Origin: Felis catus
Lineage: Eukaryota
Assembly: GCF_018350175.1 (NCBI RefSeq)
Contig: NC_058368.1
Location: forward strand, 8,370,001 to 8,434,000
DNA length: 64,000 nt
Reading direction: 5' to 3'
Shown: piece after piece, positions 36,535 to 47,953 of the stretch
How the letters are laid out: every line of letters starts with the position of its first letter
Numbering within the stretch: position 1 is the first letter of the stretch
The notes under the pieces: model-generated
Told to the model about the DNA's origin: nothing
Databases searched by the model: none
What the model saw: the letters and a program-made list of their open reading frames with translations, nothing else
Position numbers and translations under genes: made by a program

Positions 36535-36540
36535 CGCGCA
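36487..36540. repeat. (TG)20(CG)6 alternating purine-pyrimidine tract
   Basis: read directly. Confidence 0.97.
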
Positions 36541-37229
36541 GGAGGAATTAGGACAGACCGTTCTTGTGCTGCCTCAGGAGAAACCTTCTCGGCGCACCTG
36601 TGAAATCTCATCCCGTACAAGCTCAGTCTTGCCAGACATTGTTGTTACACACAGTGGGGGGGAGGTGTGTCAGTGACCCAGCCTGTGCGTGTCACGTTTG
36701 GTGTTGGCCGTGGCTCTGCTGGACAGCCGAAGCGTGGCCCGGTCATAGCAGTCGTCCTGTCTGCGGCAGGCATACCGTCCCTTGCTAGTTGCATCAGTTG
36801 CATCAGTAACGGGTACTGTTCTTATCAGGTAAACAGTCTATTGCAGAGTCTTATCAGTCTCCGAGAGCCTCCGGCAGAGAGAGTTGAAGCTCTGCTGCTC
36901 AGGGCCAGGGCCAGTCGAGGGTGGTGCTCTTAGCTGGAGAGTGTCTCTGTCCGCCCTCACGGGGGATGGGGTGGGGGACGTTTTCCCGGTGCCACAGCAT
37001 AAACAGAGGAAGTAGTCCCTGAGGTTAGGATGCTACATAGAATGGAAAGTAATATGGGGGCGGGGGGAGGAGTGGGGGTGCATTTGTACTTTTAGAATGT
37101 GCATGTGAGAGTCTGTAGATTAATTGCCTATTTAAGAAATGATTGCCAGAATTGTGTTAGAGAGTTCATGCAGGTAGCCTGTCCACCCACAGAGAGCCCC
37201 ACACAGTGACTGTTCTGCATGTGGGGGGG

Positions 37230-37430
37230 AGGCTGTGAGGCCAGACAGGCCTGGTATGGGTGTACTTCTGTCGCTTATTAGCTCTGTGTAAGCATTTGGC
37301 TCTTCTAAGCCTCGGTTTCTTTTACTCTAAAATGGTGACAACAGTCACCCCAAGGGTTGCTTTCAAGATTAAAGGAGATCACTGCATATATTAATACATT
37401 TTAAAATGCCTGGCACTTAGTAGGCAATCA
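37230..37430 (+). mobile_element. MIR
   Basis: ttattagctctgtg...ctaagcctcggtttcttttactctaaaatgg...gcctggcacttagtaggc. Confidence 0.7.
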
Positions 37431-38029
37431 GCAGGCAGTGTCTGCGATTGCATTAAGGCCAAAATACCATCTTTGGGAATACTCTTCACAAGTCAGGAGT
37501 CTTGGATCTTTTCTTCATGCATTGTTTTTTTTTTTTTCTTTTCTTTTTGTTGAACCTAGAGGAGTACCTGGCACATAGTAGACACTCAGCACTTACCAGT
37601 GTATGGAAGGATCAGGGGAAACTTAGAAGGCAAATATTCTCCCTGTTTAGTGACCCGAGGAGTGCGTGTGTGGAAGGGAACTGCTCTAGTGGCTTGAATG
37701 GAGGGGTGGCCACTCGGAACGCCGATGCCTGGTTTTCCCTGACCCGGTTCCCAGAGATTCCCAGAGAACTCCCCATAGGTTCTCTGGCTTAGAGTTTTGC
37801 TGCAACCCTCTTCCCCCCACACACCCAGCTTCCAAAGTATGTGGGAAAGAAAACTCTTTCTATTTTTATCCTTGACATAGGAGAGAGAGGCTAATATTTA
37901 CAAGACAACTTCATCAGAAGTAGACGCCAACACACAAACACACACACACACACACACCCTCCTCAGCCCATACATGATTTTAATGTGTGTGTATGAAAGG
38001 GCATATCACAAATCAATCTGACAAATCAA

Positions 38030-38960
38030 TCTGAACTGGATTATTCAACAGTGTTGTTGACATAGCTGGTTTGAAATTTGCAAAATATTTATTTAGGGTA
38101 GCACCCGATAGAATGTACCCAATTCCATACGATTAAATAATAAAGAACAACAATACAATCCAACACAATACAATCCAACAGTAGAAAAGCTGGAAGAAAA
38201 TAGAATGTAGTATTTATGAACCCCCTGGACGACAGATGACTTTCAAGGACTAGGAGTGATCATGGGACTTGAGTACCTAAAATAATCTCATGTGAAAACA
38301 GAAAGTAGCCAGAGTGGAGAACATATCTGCAGCCAGTATGATCAAGTATTAATATGTCTTTTATGTAAACAGCATATTCAAGTTGATACATAGTAGATAA
38401 ATGGCAAAAAAAAAAATATGAATAGACAATTTGGAAGAAGTCGAGCTGATAAATGTGTGGAAATAGGTCTATCTCAAGTAGAACTAAAAATGTGCAACCA
38501 GAGAGAAGCTTCTATTTTTAGGTACTGAACTTGAAAAAAAAATCAATGAAAACAGTACTTGGGCTGGCAAAGATAAACTCTTGCACGTTTTCGGTTGCAC
38601 GGTTAGTTCGTGTAAAACTCTTGGAGAGCAATTTGACAGGCGATCCCCAGATCAATCAGCGTGTGCCTATCTGATGATTCGGTGTCCCACTTCTGGGACT
38701 TTGTCCTAAGGAGCCAGTGCAAAAAGGAAACCCATCTATGCACAGGATGTTTGTTGCGGGTTTATTTGTAACAGTGAAAATTGGAAACTTCTTAAAAGCC
38801 AAGAGAGTGGGATCCATCTCCTGGGTGAATTATAAAATCATTAAAAGTGATTCTGAAGATCAAGGTAACATGGAAAAATTTAATGTGATATGAACTGAAA
38901 AATGGGAATAAAACTCATATACAAAGTGACTTCAGCTAAACATGTATGACTTGAACAGAT
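38030..38960 (+). mobile_element. ancient L1ME-like 3' fragment
   Basis: ttggagagcaatttgaca, cccacttctgggactttgtcctaagga, ggatgtttgttgcgggtttatttgtaacagtgaaaattggaaac. Confidence 0.65.
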
Positions 38961-39907
38961 ACATAATAATATTTCATACTAGGGGATGGTGCTAGCGTTT
39001 TGTTGTTTGATTTATAATTTCAAACCATCTATTTAAGTGATTACCATTTCTAAGGGTGATCAAAGAGAAGAAGAAATGGCAGAAAAGACCTATAAAAGGC
39101 CGTCTTTCACATGCGGTCTCCTCTCTGTTCCTGAACAGGACAGCACTGTGTGGGAGAGCGTGCTGGTAACAAAGCTTCATCTTTATCTGGGGGGGGGGGT
39201 TCCCAACCTCATCGAATTCAACTTTTTGCCCCTTTTCCTCCTCCTTCCAGCCTTTCTCTGTCTCCTGAGCAGTTGGCTTCCGTGACTCTCCAGAGCTGCT
39301 CTGCCGGCTGTTTGCCCCACAGACCGGCAGATAATGCCTTACTAAAATTCACTCCCTTCCCGGATCAGGTGCTGGTCGTCTGCAGCCCTCCCACTCACTC
39401 ACAGTGTGTTGGTCTGAAGGACCACCCAGCCTGCTGGGCAACTGGCGAGGTGGCCCCCAGTCGTGATCCAGCCGAGGTTCCCTCCCTGAGCCGTCACCAG
39501 AGACCCACAGAGTCCTTCCTGCCAGCGTCCTGGTGCTGAGCCCTGCGAGCATTCCAGCAGAGCCTGAGGCTGAGGGACTTTGACCTTGGACAGAAAAGGT
39601 TGATATTAACAGGCAGCCGTTTCTGCTCCTCTGCAGTGGGACCAGCATAACCCTTGTGCACCTGTCTGTTCGCCTGGAGCGGGCTTGCCAGTGAGGGAAA
39701 GACAGCTCATTTTAGCAGAAGAATGTCTCACAGGTGCCACAAGCGCTATGGGTCTGCTGAAAACGGATGTGTTTTAAGGGGAAGTTGAAGTTCAGCTTCC
39801 AGGCCCCGTGTAGTTCCTTATCTGGAGTTCAGAAGTTGTGGGTGAGGAATTACGAATTATATCCCCGTGCCTCTGGTTTTTATCTTTTGCCACTTTGTCC
39901 ACTTTTA

Positions 39908-40148
39908 AAAAAAATTTTTAAATGTTTATTTTTGAGAGCAAGAGAGAGAGAGAGAAAGAGAGGGAGAGGGAGGGAGACAGGGTGTGAGGGAAGGAGGGAC
40001 AGAGAGAGAGGGAGACACAGAATCAGAAGCAGGCTCCAGGCTCTGAGCTGTCCGCACAGAGCCCAACGTGGGGCTCGAACGCATGAACTGTGAGATCATG
40101 ACCTGAGCCAAAGTCAGACACTTGCCCGACTGAGCCACCCAGGTGCCC
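39908..40148 (-). mobile_element. Can-SINE
   Basis: TSD gtccactttt both sides. Confidence 0.94.
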
Positions 40149-40473
40149 TGCGTCCACTTTTGATTTTGGTGAATGTCTAACCATCCACACCTCCCTGCAC
40201 TGGGTATTCACAAATGCAAGAAGCTGTCTTATAAACATATACCAATTACGAGTTCACTATGTAACAACTGCTAGCTACCTAGTAACCATAGCAAGTATAT
40301 TATAAGCCACAGTGAAGGGGAAAGGGAAGTGGGATAGTTTTCTACACTATTTTATGGGGAAGGCAAGATTAACCTGATTTCAGGTTATCAGATTAACCCA
40401 CTTAGGTCAAAATTTGAGCTGTGATCACATCTGGACAGGAGAGTCCCATGCTTCCAAGAATATATCATGGGGT

Positions 40474-40599
40474 GGGGTGCCTGGGTGGCTGAGTTGGTTA
40501 AGCCTCCAACTCTTGGTTTCAGCTCAGTTCATGTTCTCACAGTTTGTGGGTTTGAGCCCCACCTTGGTCTCTGCACTGACAGTGAGGAGCCTGCTTGGG

Positions 40600-40654
<55 letters not shown>

Positions 40655-40710
40655 GCCCCTCCTGTGCACGCTCTCTTTCTCTCTCTAAATAAATACATAC
40701 TTAAAAAAAA
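40474..40710 (+). mobile_element. Can-SINE with expanded (CT)n
   Basis: TSD aagaatRtatcatgg at 40456-40470 and 40709-40723. Confidence 0.94.
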
Positions 40711-42407
40711 GAATGTATCATGGCAAGTGGATGGCACCTGTAGCTTTGGGACTTCCCAGGCTTCCTGGCTCACGGGGCTGTTCAGGTTGGTGAGGCCGGG
40801 AACAGCTGCTGTGACTTACCAGGTTTCTATCATTGTCATTGCTGACTAGGTCCTACTCAGCACCTGAGTGGTTTAGTGGCCCTGAAAGGCTGAGAGAGTA
40901 GATGTGGGCACAGGAGGCACCTGAAGGAGAGTCAGATCTCTGAGACACTGATTTCCTTCATTTATTCACTGTATATTTATTGCGTTCTCATTATTTGTCA
41001 TCACCGACAAATTTCTTCATCAGTATCTTGAGCCTAGCTATAGGCAGGCCAACCCGATTAGTTAGAGAAGGGGATTGGTTAACGTGGAACTGTATTCAGG
41101 GCTCATATGGACCGTGTTAAAGCCACTGGGAGTCTCTTGCTCCCAGGCAGTATCTCTGACCCCAGATAGCTATCTTGTCAGTGAATACTGTTGGGCACCA
41201 AGTGATGCAAGTTAGACTGTGGGTGGCTTAGTGCAATTAATCCCCATCTCTGGAGAGTAGATGTGATGTTTCTGTTGTCGTTTTTAATTTTCTTTCTTTC
41301 TCTCTCTCTTTTTTTTTTTTTTTTTTTTTGCCAAGGAAGGGTGGCTACTTGATTTAGTATTCCATTTCAGAATAATACAATGGAATGAAGGCTTTATATT
41401 CTGTTGGGTTCATTTCTGTGAGAATTTATTATCTGAGTCGTCGAAAGTCAAACGGCTTTAGGGGGTGTTCCATGAAGACACCGAGAGGAGTAAGCAGTCC
41501 TTTGTCGCATCCTCAGAATTAAGCAAGTCGACGGTGCCAGTCGTCAACCCAGCAGAGGGCTTCAGTTCAAAAAGGACCCAGGGAAAGGTGTTCATCTCCT
41601 TTTAAAACTGCTTCTAAAAATAAAACCCTGTTTCCTGCAATGCTGGGTATAGGAGGGCAGGAATTAGAAGCAACAGGATATTCTAGGGGTTTGGTAATAT
41701 ATGTTGAGCCAAAATAAATGCGAGAGCTCTGGGCATTATTTGAGCTTATTGTCTATTTGAAGTGACAGTATTTATTCTGATCTTAGACTGTCTCAGTCCC
41801 CTTTTCTGGAATGAGGTAAAAATGAACGAATACCCAAGATGTCAATTCCAAGATGTCAGTGTGTCAAACTGTGTTCTGTAGATTCCTAGGAGGAGTTTGG
41901 GGGAAGGAAAGGAGGTGAGAAAGTTTTTTTTTTTTTGGGGGGGGGGGGCTCAACTGATGTTTTAGGATTTGCAGCATGGAATCCAGAATCCAGTTTCTTT
42001 GAATAAAGCCTAGACTGTTGTATAATTTATAGTCCAGTTTTTTTTTCTTGTTACCTGTAAGGAATTAGGGGATTTTTGTTCTTAGTCTCATGTGAAAAGC
42101 CTAATAATAATTGCTGTGGAGCAAAACCCACCAAACAAAAACTTTGAAAAGGCTTTTCTGGTGTATTATTTTTCACCGTTGAATATATTTCAAACAAGTC
42201 CTAATTGGCAAAACCTAAGTTAATACTCATTAAGCTAATAGCTAAAGACCATGCCTTTCAAAACCCAGTGATGGTAGTGGTGATGACTAAATTAAATGAA
42301 AAGGTGTGGGTCTGAAATTGTGCTTGATTCAAGAAGTTGCATGGTTTTAAACTCACTGAACAAAAATACTGTGCTCAGATTCCTCACACCTGAGAGGCTT
42401 GAGTTCC

Positions 42408-42615
42408 TTTTTTTTTTTTAAGTTTATTTATTTATTTTGAGAGAGAGAGAGCAGGGAAGGGGAAGAGAGAGAGAGAGGGAGAGAGAGAATCCCAAGCAGA
42501 CCTCACACTGTCTGCACAGAGCCCCACTCAGGGCTCAAACTCACGAACTATGAAACCATGACCTGAGCCAAAACCAGGAGTCAGACGCTTAAGTGACTGA
42601 GCCACCCAGGTGCCC
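42408..42615 (-). mobile_element. Can-SINE
   Basis: T-rich start, (GA)n, ...gagccacccaggtgcccc. Confidence 0.93.
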
Positions 42616-42892
42616 CTCACCAGTAACTTTAGTATCAGCTATTTTCATTGCAGTCCTCCCTTTGAGGAGGGGGGGCGGCGGGCAGAAATTGGCTGATTGC
42701 TCAGGGAGGGAGAAGTGTGAGTTAGTGATAGGCAAATATGAACCATGGTTGTAAATCTGATCAACAGTGTCTTTTCATTGTATTGTCCTTTTATTATTAT
42801 TAAAAAAAATTTTCCCCCCATGCACATACAGCTGCCAGTAATTGAAGTTTTTGGTCAGTATAGACTTGGCAACTCTTGAAGAATACGAAACC

Positions 42893-43052
42893 AGGGGTTG
42901 GGTGGCTCAGTCAGTTAAGCTCAGGTCATGATCTCACGGTTTGTGGGTTCGAGCCCCACGTTGGGCTCTGTGCTGACAGCTCGGAGCCTGGAGCCTGCTT
43001 CGGGTTCTGTGTCTCCCTTCTCTCTCTCTCTCTGCCCCTCCCCTGCTTGTGT

Positions 43053-43091
<39 letters not shown>

Positions 43092-43112
43092 AATAATAAA
43101 TGTCTTTAAAGA
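42893..43112 (+). mobile_element. Can-SINE with small deletions in the head
   Basis: flanked by aagaatacgaaacca / aagaatgtgaaacca. Confidence 0.92.
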
Positions 43113-43221
43113 AAAAGAATGTGAAACCATGAACATGTGCTTCGCTTAAAATTCTTTCCAGTGAATATAACCGCAAAGGGTGCATTGTGTGTGTATGTTC
43201 ACCAGTTCAGACTCTCTGTGA

Positions 43222-43395
43222 AACAGTTGGTTGTTCATGCAGCAGATTTTAATGTGCATAAGAAATGTTAAGTACAGATTCCAGGGCCCGTCCCCCAAGG
43301 CTCTGGCTGGGGGTTCAGGAATCTGCATTTCTAATAACTACTGTTAAAGCCTGGGCTGCAGGTGACACAAAGGCCCGTGATTTGAAGAAACGTTG
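43222..43395. mobile_element. MER5A-type hAT MITE
   Basis: cagattccagggccc...caggaatctgcatttctaa. Confidence 0.6.
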
Positions 43396-43599
43396 CTTGC
43401 TTTGGAGTCTTGAATACCGAGCTAAGGGAGTCCCTTTCGTTTGCATTCTGGTTCTAGCTCTTTCCCCAGTCCTCTGGGTCAGAACCTCACTCGTGTGTCA
43501 GAATCCAACGAAAGCGATGAAAGTCTCAGAAAATATGAAATCTTCATCTTAAGTTGGCAGACTGCCATGGCGTTCCCAGCCATTTGTGCTTCCAGCCGT

Positions 43600-44520
43600 G
43601 ACTTTACGAGTCCTCTGTAAGTGCTCGATAACGAGGGGCCGAGCTTAGTCACGCGGATTGTTTGAGCACCAAGCGTCCACATTTTAAATGGGGAGAACAC
43701 GGAACCTGGGCTGTGGAACCCTGAGGATTTGGGCCCGTGGTGGAATCCCCTGTACCATGAGATGGGTTATGGCGTTTCTAAGGTGAGCCGCTTAAAGTAA
43801 GCGTATTGATCGGTCTGGAGTGGAAAGAGTAGCGTCATCGGCGACAGACCTCGGGTTTTCCCCATGGTGACGTTCTGGGGAGGACGGGGGCACTGGAGTG
43901 GTGGCCTCTTGGAGGCTCAGCTGCTGTAGCTCTTTGTCGTTCTTTTTCTCCTGCGATTTCCTTGATGTGTGAGCCAAAGTGTTTTTTTCCTGCAAACAAA
44001 ACTGGAAACAAACCATGTGAGGCCCTGGGAGAACTCTGCTTGGAGTTCGGATTCCTTACTCTTCTCCGTTTCAGATGCTAAGGAAATGCTGCTGCTGCCG
44101 TTGTTTGCGGTTGTTTCTGACAAGTACCCGTGCGGGAGGAGGGGCGTCCACCGACGGCGTGTTTAATTTTTCACGAGGAGTGCATTTTCGCGCTCCCCCC
44201 CCCTGGTGCGGTGCTTCTGACGCGCGTCAGCAAGAAGATGTTCACTATCTGCACGGGAGCAGGTGTGCGCGCTGCATCTTGTGCTCGCGTACGAGAGGGT
44301 GGCTGCTCGTGCCGGTGCCACTTCCCGCACACTTTCGTTGCTTTCATCTTGGTTGAGCTACTGTGGCTCCTCGGAAGCCGGGTGGCCGTTTGGGTTTTCT
44401 CCTCCTGCGGAAATTCAGAGGTGCGGAACCTCATTTTCCTGAACTTCCGACAGTCGGGAGGCACAAGTGAGGAGAGCAGTTGCAGGTAAGGGCGTGCTGG
44501 GAACGAAGAGCGGTGTGCTG
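43600..44520 (+). promoter_or_regulatory. CpG-rich non-repetitive segment; candidate internal promoter / alternative first exon
   Basis: locally dense CpG; E2F-type TTTCGCGC at 44186-44193; palindrome ctgacgcgcgtcag at 44217-44230; donors AAG|GTGAGC (43782) and CAG|GTAAGG (44485). Confidence 0.4.
44238..44485 (+). CDS. candidate alternative first coding exon (MFTICTGAGV...FVAFILVELLWLLG...GGTSEESSC), unverified
   Basis: AAGATGT start context; open frame of 82 codons + 2 nt running into CAG|GTAAGG; no recognised homology. Confidence 0.22.
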
Positions 44521-44663
44521 CCTCCTGCTTCTTGGCACAGAGCTTTTGACGGCTTTTATTATTGATCCTCGTGGCATCTGTGCCTCTTGACTGCTGGACC
44601 CTATGGGGCGGAAACATTCTGTATTAGAATACTAAAATGACTGATAATGGTTTTCAGCTGAGG

Positions 44664-44732
44664 GTTTTTTTTTATTTTTAATGTTTGTTTATTCTTGAGA
44701 GAGAGAGAAAAAAAGAGTGCAAGCGGGGGAGG

Positions 44733-44796
<64 letters not shown>

Positions 44797-44930
44797 CAGA
44801 ATCCGAAAGCGGGCTCCAGGCTCCGAGCTGTCAGCGCAGAGCTCAACACGGGGCTCGAACCCACAAACCGTGAGATCATGACCTGAGCCAAAGTCGGACG
44901 CTTAACTGACCTGAGCCACCCGGGCAGCCC
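44664..44930 (-). mobile_element. Can-SINE with (GA)n(GACA)n expansion
   Basis: TSD tcagctgag both sides. Confidence 0.94.
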
Positions 44931-45984
44931 TCAGCTGAGTTTTGAAATTTATTTTTAAATGGTTTGAAGTAAATACTTAAATTTATTGTAAACTTCCTTC
45001 ACCCGTTTCTCATTTTAAAGAGAGTTTTATGTAAAATTTGGAGAACGGCTGCAAAGAATGGCTTTTAGACAAACTGTAATTTTCATTTTAACGTGTAGCA
45101 GTTTTGATTTAGCCTTTATTTTTGGTTGAGTCCTAGGCATGTTTTTCTGCCTGGTATTATTTGATACAATGATTGATAGAAGGATTACTGGCTATCCTGT
45201 ATATGACTCCGATGCCTACATTTGGAGGTTTCTAAATCCTCCTTTTAAAACATATCTGTAATTGAGGATTGATTGAGACTGTCAAATGAATTTTAAAATG
45301 CAGGTAAAATTTTTTAAGGACAGTAACAGGATCACGAATGAATCAAAATGCAGCGTTACACCTGCTACCTGAGCAAATGTTCAAGTCACATAAATTACCT
45401 CTGCACGCCTCCAAGCCCTTGGAAACATAGGTGAAAGTCTTAAATCTTGCCCGCTGTACTTTAGTGGTAGATGGTGTATGTGGAGGGCAGATGGATAGTG
45501 AGAGAATGTGTCGGTCTGATCTTACGCAAGGCAGTTACCAACAATGGCCAAATGTTTAGCTTCTAAAAGACCTCTGCTCTTTATATTAAGCAACTATGCT
45601 CCCCTTTATTACTATTAAATAAAAGTTGCTTGTGTCTCTAACCCTTTGTGGTGTGTAAGCAAAGCTCTTTTCCTTTTCTTTCTATTCTCCTCCTTGTATT
45701 TCATTTAATATAGATTTAAAAGTTGAAGAGAAAATTAGAAGAAAAACGTGGGGAGGCACTATATTGACCAACAATGCAAAGAGAAAGTTCTGGACTTGGC
45801 TAGATGTGATCAGGTGCTTCTGGAGAAAGAGAAATGCCATTCAGAATTTCAGTAAATCTCTTATGCAAAGTTTCACCACTCATTTTCTTGTCTTTTCTGC
45901 CAAATACCATTTCGTATTGCTTAGAAAATATTTAGTGGGAGGAAGGGTTAGTGTTTTTCATACTAGAATACTTGGGTTATGTTT

Positions 45985-46208
45985 AAAAAAACTTTTTAAC
46001 GTTTTTATTTAGTTTTGAGGGACAGAGAGAGAGTGTGTGTGTGAGGAGAGGAGGGGCATAGAGAGAGAGGGAGACCCAGAGTCCGAAGCAGGCTCCCTGC
46101 TCCCAGCTGTCAGCGCAGAGCCCAACGTGGGGCCTGAACCTATGAACTGTGAGATCATGACCTGAGCCAAAGTCAGACGCTCAACCGACTGAGCCACCCA
46201 GGCGCCCC
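45985..46208 (-). mobile_element. Can-SINE
   Basis: ...ctcaaccgactgagccacccaggcgcccc. Confidence 0.94.
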
Positions 46209-47239
46209 TCAGTTCTTTTGTAACTCTTAATGCATGTGTGTGGGCTTCCTTCAGTAACGAGGTGAAGAATATTGGGAGCCACTGTATTGGGCACGGCGTG
46301 AGGTTTTCTTGTAAGCCGGTCGCTGGGGTTCCGGAAGTGCGGTTCTGTGCAGCTGTCACCAACAGCACCTGTGTCCCGTGCTTACTGTTTCGCCGCGGTG
46401 ATTGACTGTGGCAGCTTCTTTTCCTTTCTCCTGAAATGCTAGCACAAGGGCCCAGGGGAGCAGCTGCAAGTGCCAAGCTCTTTCGGCACAGCGGTCGTTG
46501 CCAAGACAGGTACTACTGTTCGCTCAGTCAGACTCTGGGGCCCTGGTGGTGCGGCATCCTGGGACAGTTAGGATCCTTCGGAGGGAATCCCAGAAAGACC
46601 CAACACGAAGAGTCGACCGCGTAATTTTTGTATCTGCTTCTAAGGAATTCAAAGCACTTTTCTGTTCTTGTGATTCATCTTTGTCTGTCTGTAACAGAGG
46701 TGGAGGAACCACAGGGCTACTTTAAAGGAAAACAGGAGGAGGAAATGGACGTCGGAAAAACAGCATTTTCTCCCAAATTCAGAACCTTGTCCGTTTTAGA
46801 TGCTCATTTTAGCTCACTCGGGTGGAGATTCACGCTGCACTGCAATAATGGGTAATTTATTGGCTTATAGTCGTGTTATCCCGTATGACAGATTCATCCG
46901 TTTCTTGCCATGGAAGCTGTGTTTCTGTGGTGGTTGAACGTTCAGCCAGAGTCATCGAGAGGTACTGGGATCAGTGACGGCAGTGACGGTTTCCTGTCAG
47001 CTCGTGCGGGAATTTTAGTAAGCTCTTTTCTCATCTTTCGGTGTTGGAGCTTCGGGGGGAAGAAGGAGGTGACCCACCCACAGTGTTGTGCTGTTGGCCC
47101 TGGGTTCCATCTGCCCAGCGCGTTCTGATCAGTTTGCTACTGTGTATGTGGTGCCTGGTGTGAGACTTCCAGTCACTAGTAGGACTCAGACGTTATAAAG
47201 GGAAGAATTGGGATAGATCTTAAACCTTTTGGATTTTAG

Positions 47240-47290
47240 GGACTATATAGTCCAGGAGAAGATATTCCAATTTTTATTTTCGCCAACCAG
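47240..47290 (+). other. candidate 51-nt cassette exon
   Basis: ccttttggattttag| acceptor and perfect CAG|GTAAGT donor; length divisible by 3; two frames open. Confidence 0.3.
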
Positions 47291-47503
47291 GTAAGTTAAA
47301 AAGAAATACTCCGTCATCATCTCCCACCAATACGGTCATCGTCTCCTTGGTTTTGTTGCCTTCTAGAGAGTTCGTGAAAGAAAGGACATGTTAACGTCAG
47401 AAAAGTAGGAACATTGTAATCTCAGACTGTCAGTCCTCTAGAGATGAATCGAATTCAGCTTTATAAAGAGTTCACTATGTCTTTTTTGAAAAAAAAATTC
47501 ACC

Positions 47504-47680
47504 AGGACACCTGGGTGGCTCAGTCGGTTGAGCATCCAACTTCTGCTCAGGTCATGATCTCATTGCTCGTGAGTTTAGGCCCCACATCAGTCTCGCTGCT
47601 GTCAGCACAGAGCCCCACTTGGGACCCTCTGTCCCCTTTCTGTGTCTCTCCTCCCTCAAAAAGAAACATTAAAAAAAAAA
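47504..47680 (+). mobile_element. Can-SINE (first of a head-to-tail pair)
   Basis: ggacacctgggtggctcagtcggttgag; preceded by aaaattcacc. Confidence 0.92.
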
Positions 47681-47682
47681 TA

Positions 47683-47896
47683 GGGGCACCTGGGTGGCTC
47701 AGTCGGTTGAGCGGCCGACTTCAGCTCAGGTCATGATCTCACGGTCCGTGAGTTCGAGCCCCGCATCGGGCTCTGTGCTGACAGCTCAGAGCCTGGAGCC
47801 TGTTTCAGATTCTGTGTCTCCCTCTCTCTGACCCTCCCCTGTTCATGCTCTGTCTCTCTCTGTCTCAAAAATAAAATAAAACGTTAAAAAAAATTA

Positions 47897-47939
<43 letters not shown>

Positions 47940-47953
47940 GTAAGTAAGTAAAT
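47683..47953 (+). mobile_element. younger Can-SINE in the A-tail of the previous SINE, with (TAAA)n tail
   Basis: ggggcacctgggtggctcagtcggttgagcggccgac; followed by aaaattcacc at 47954-47963. Confidence 0.94.
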
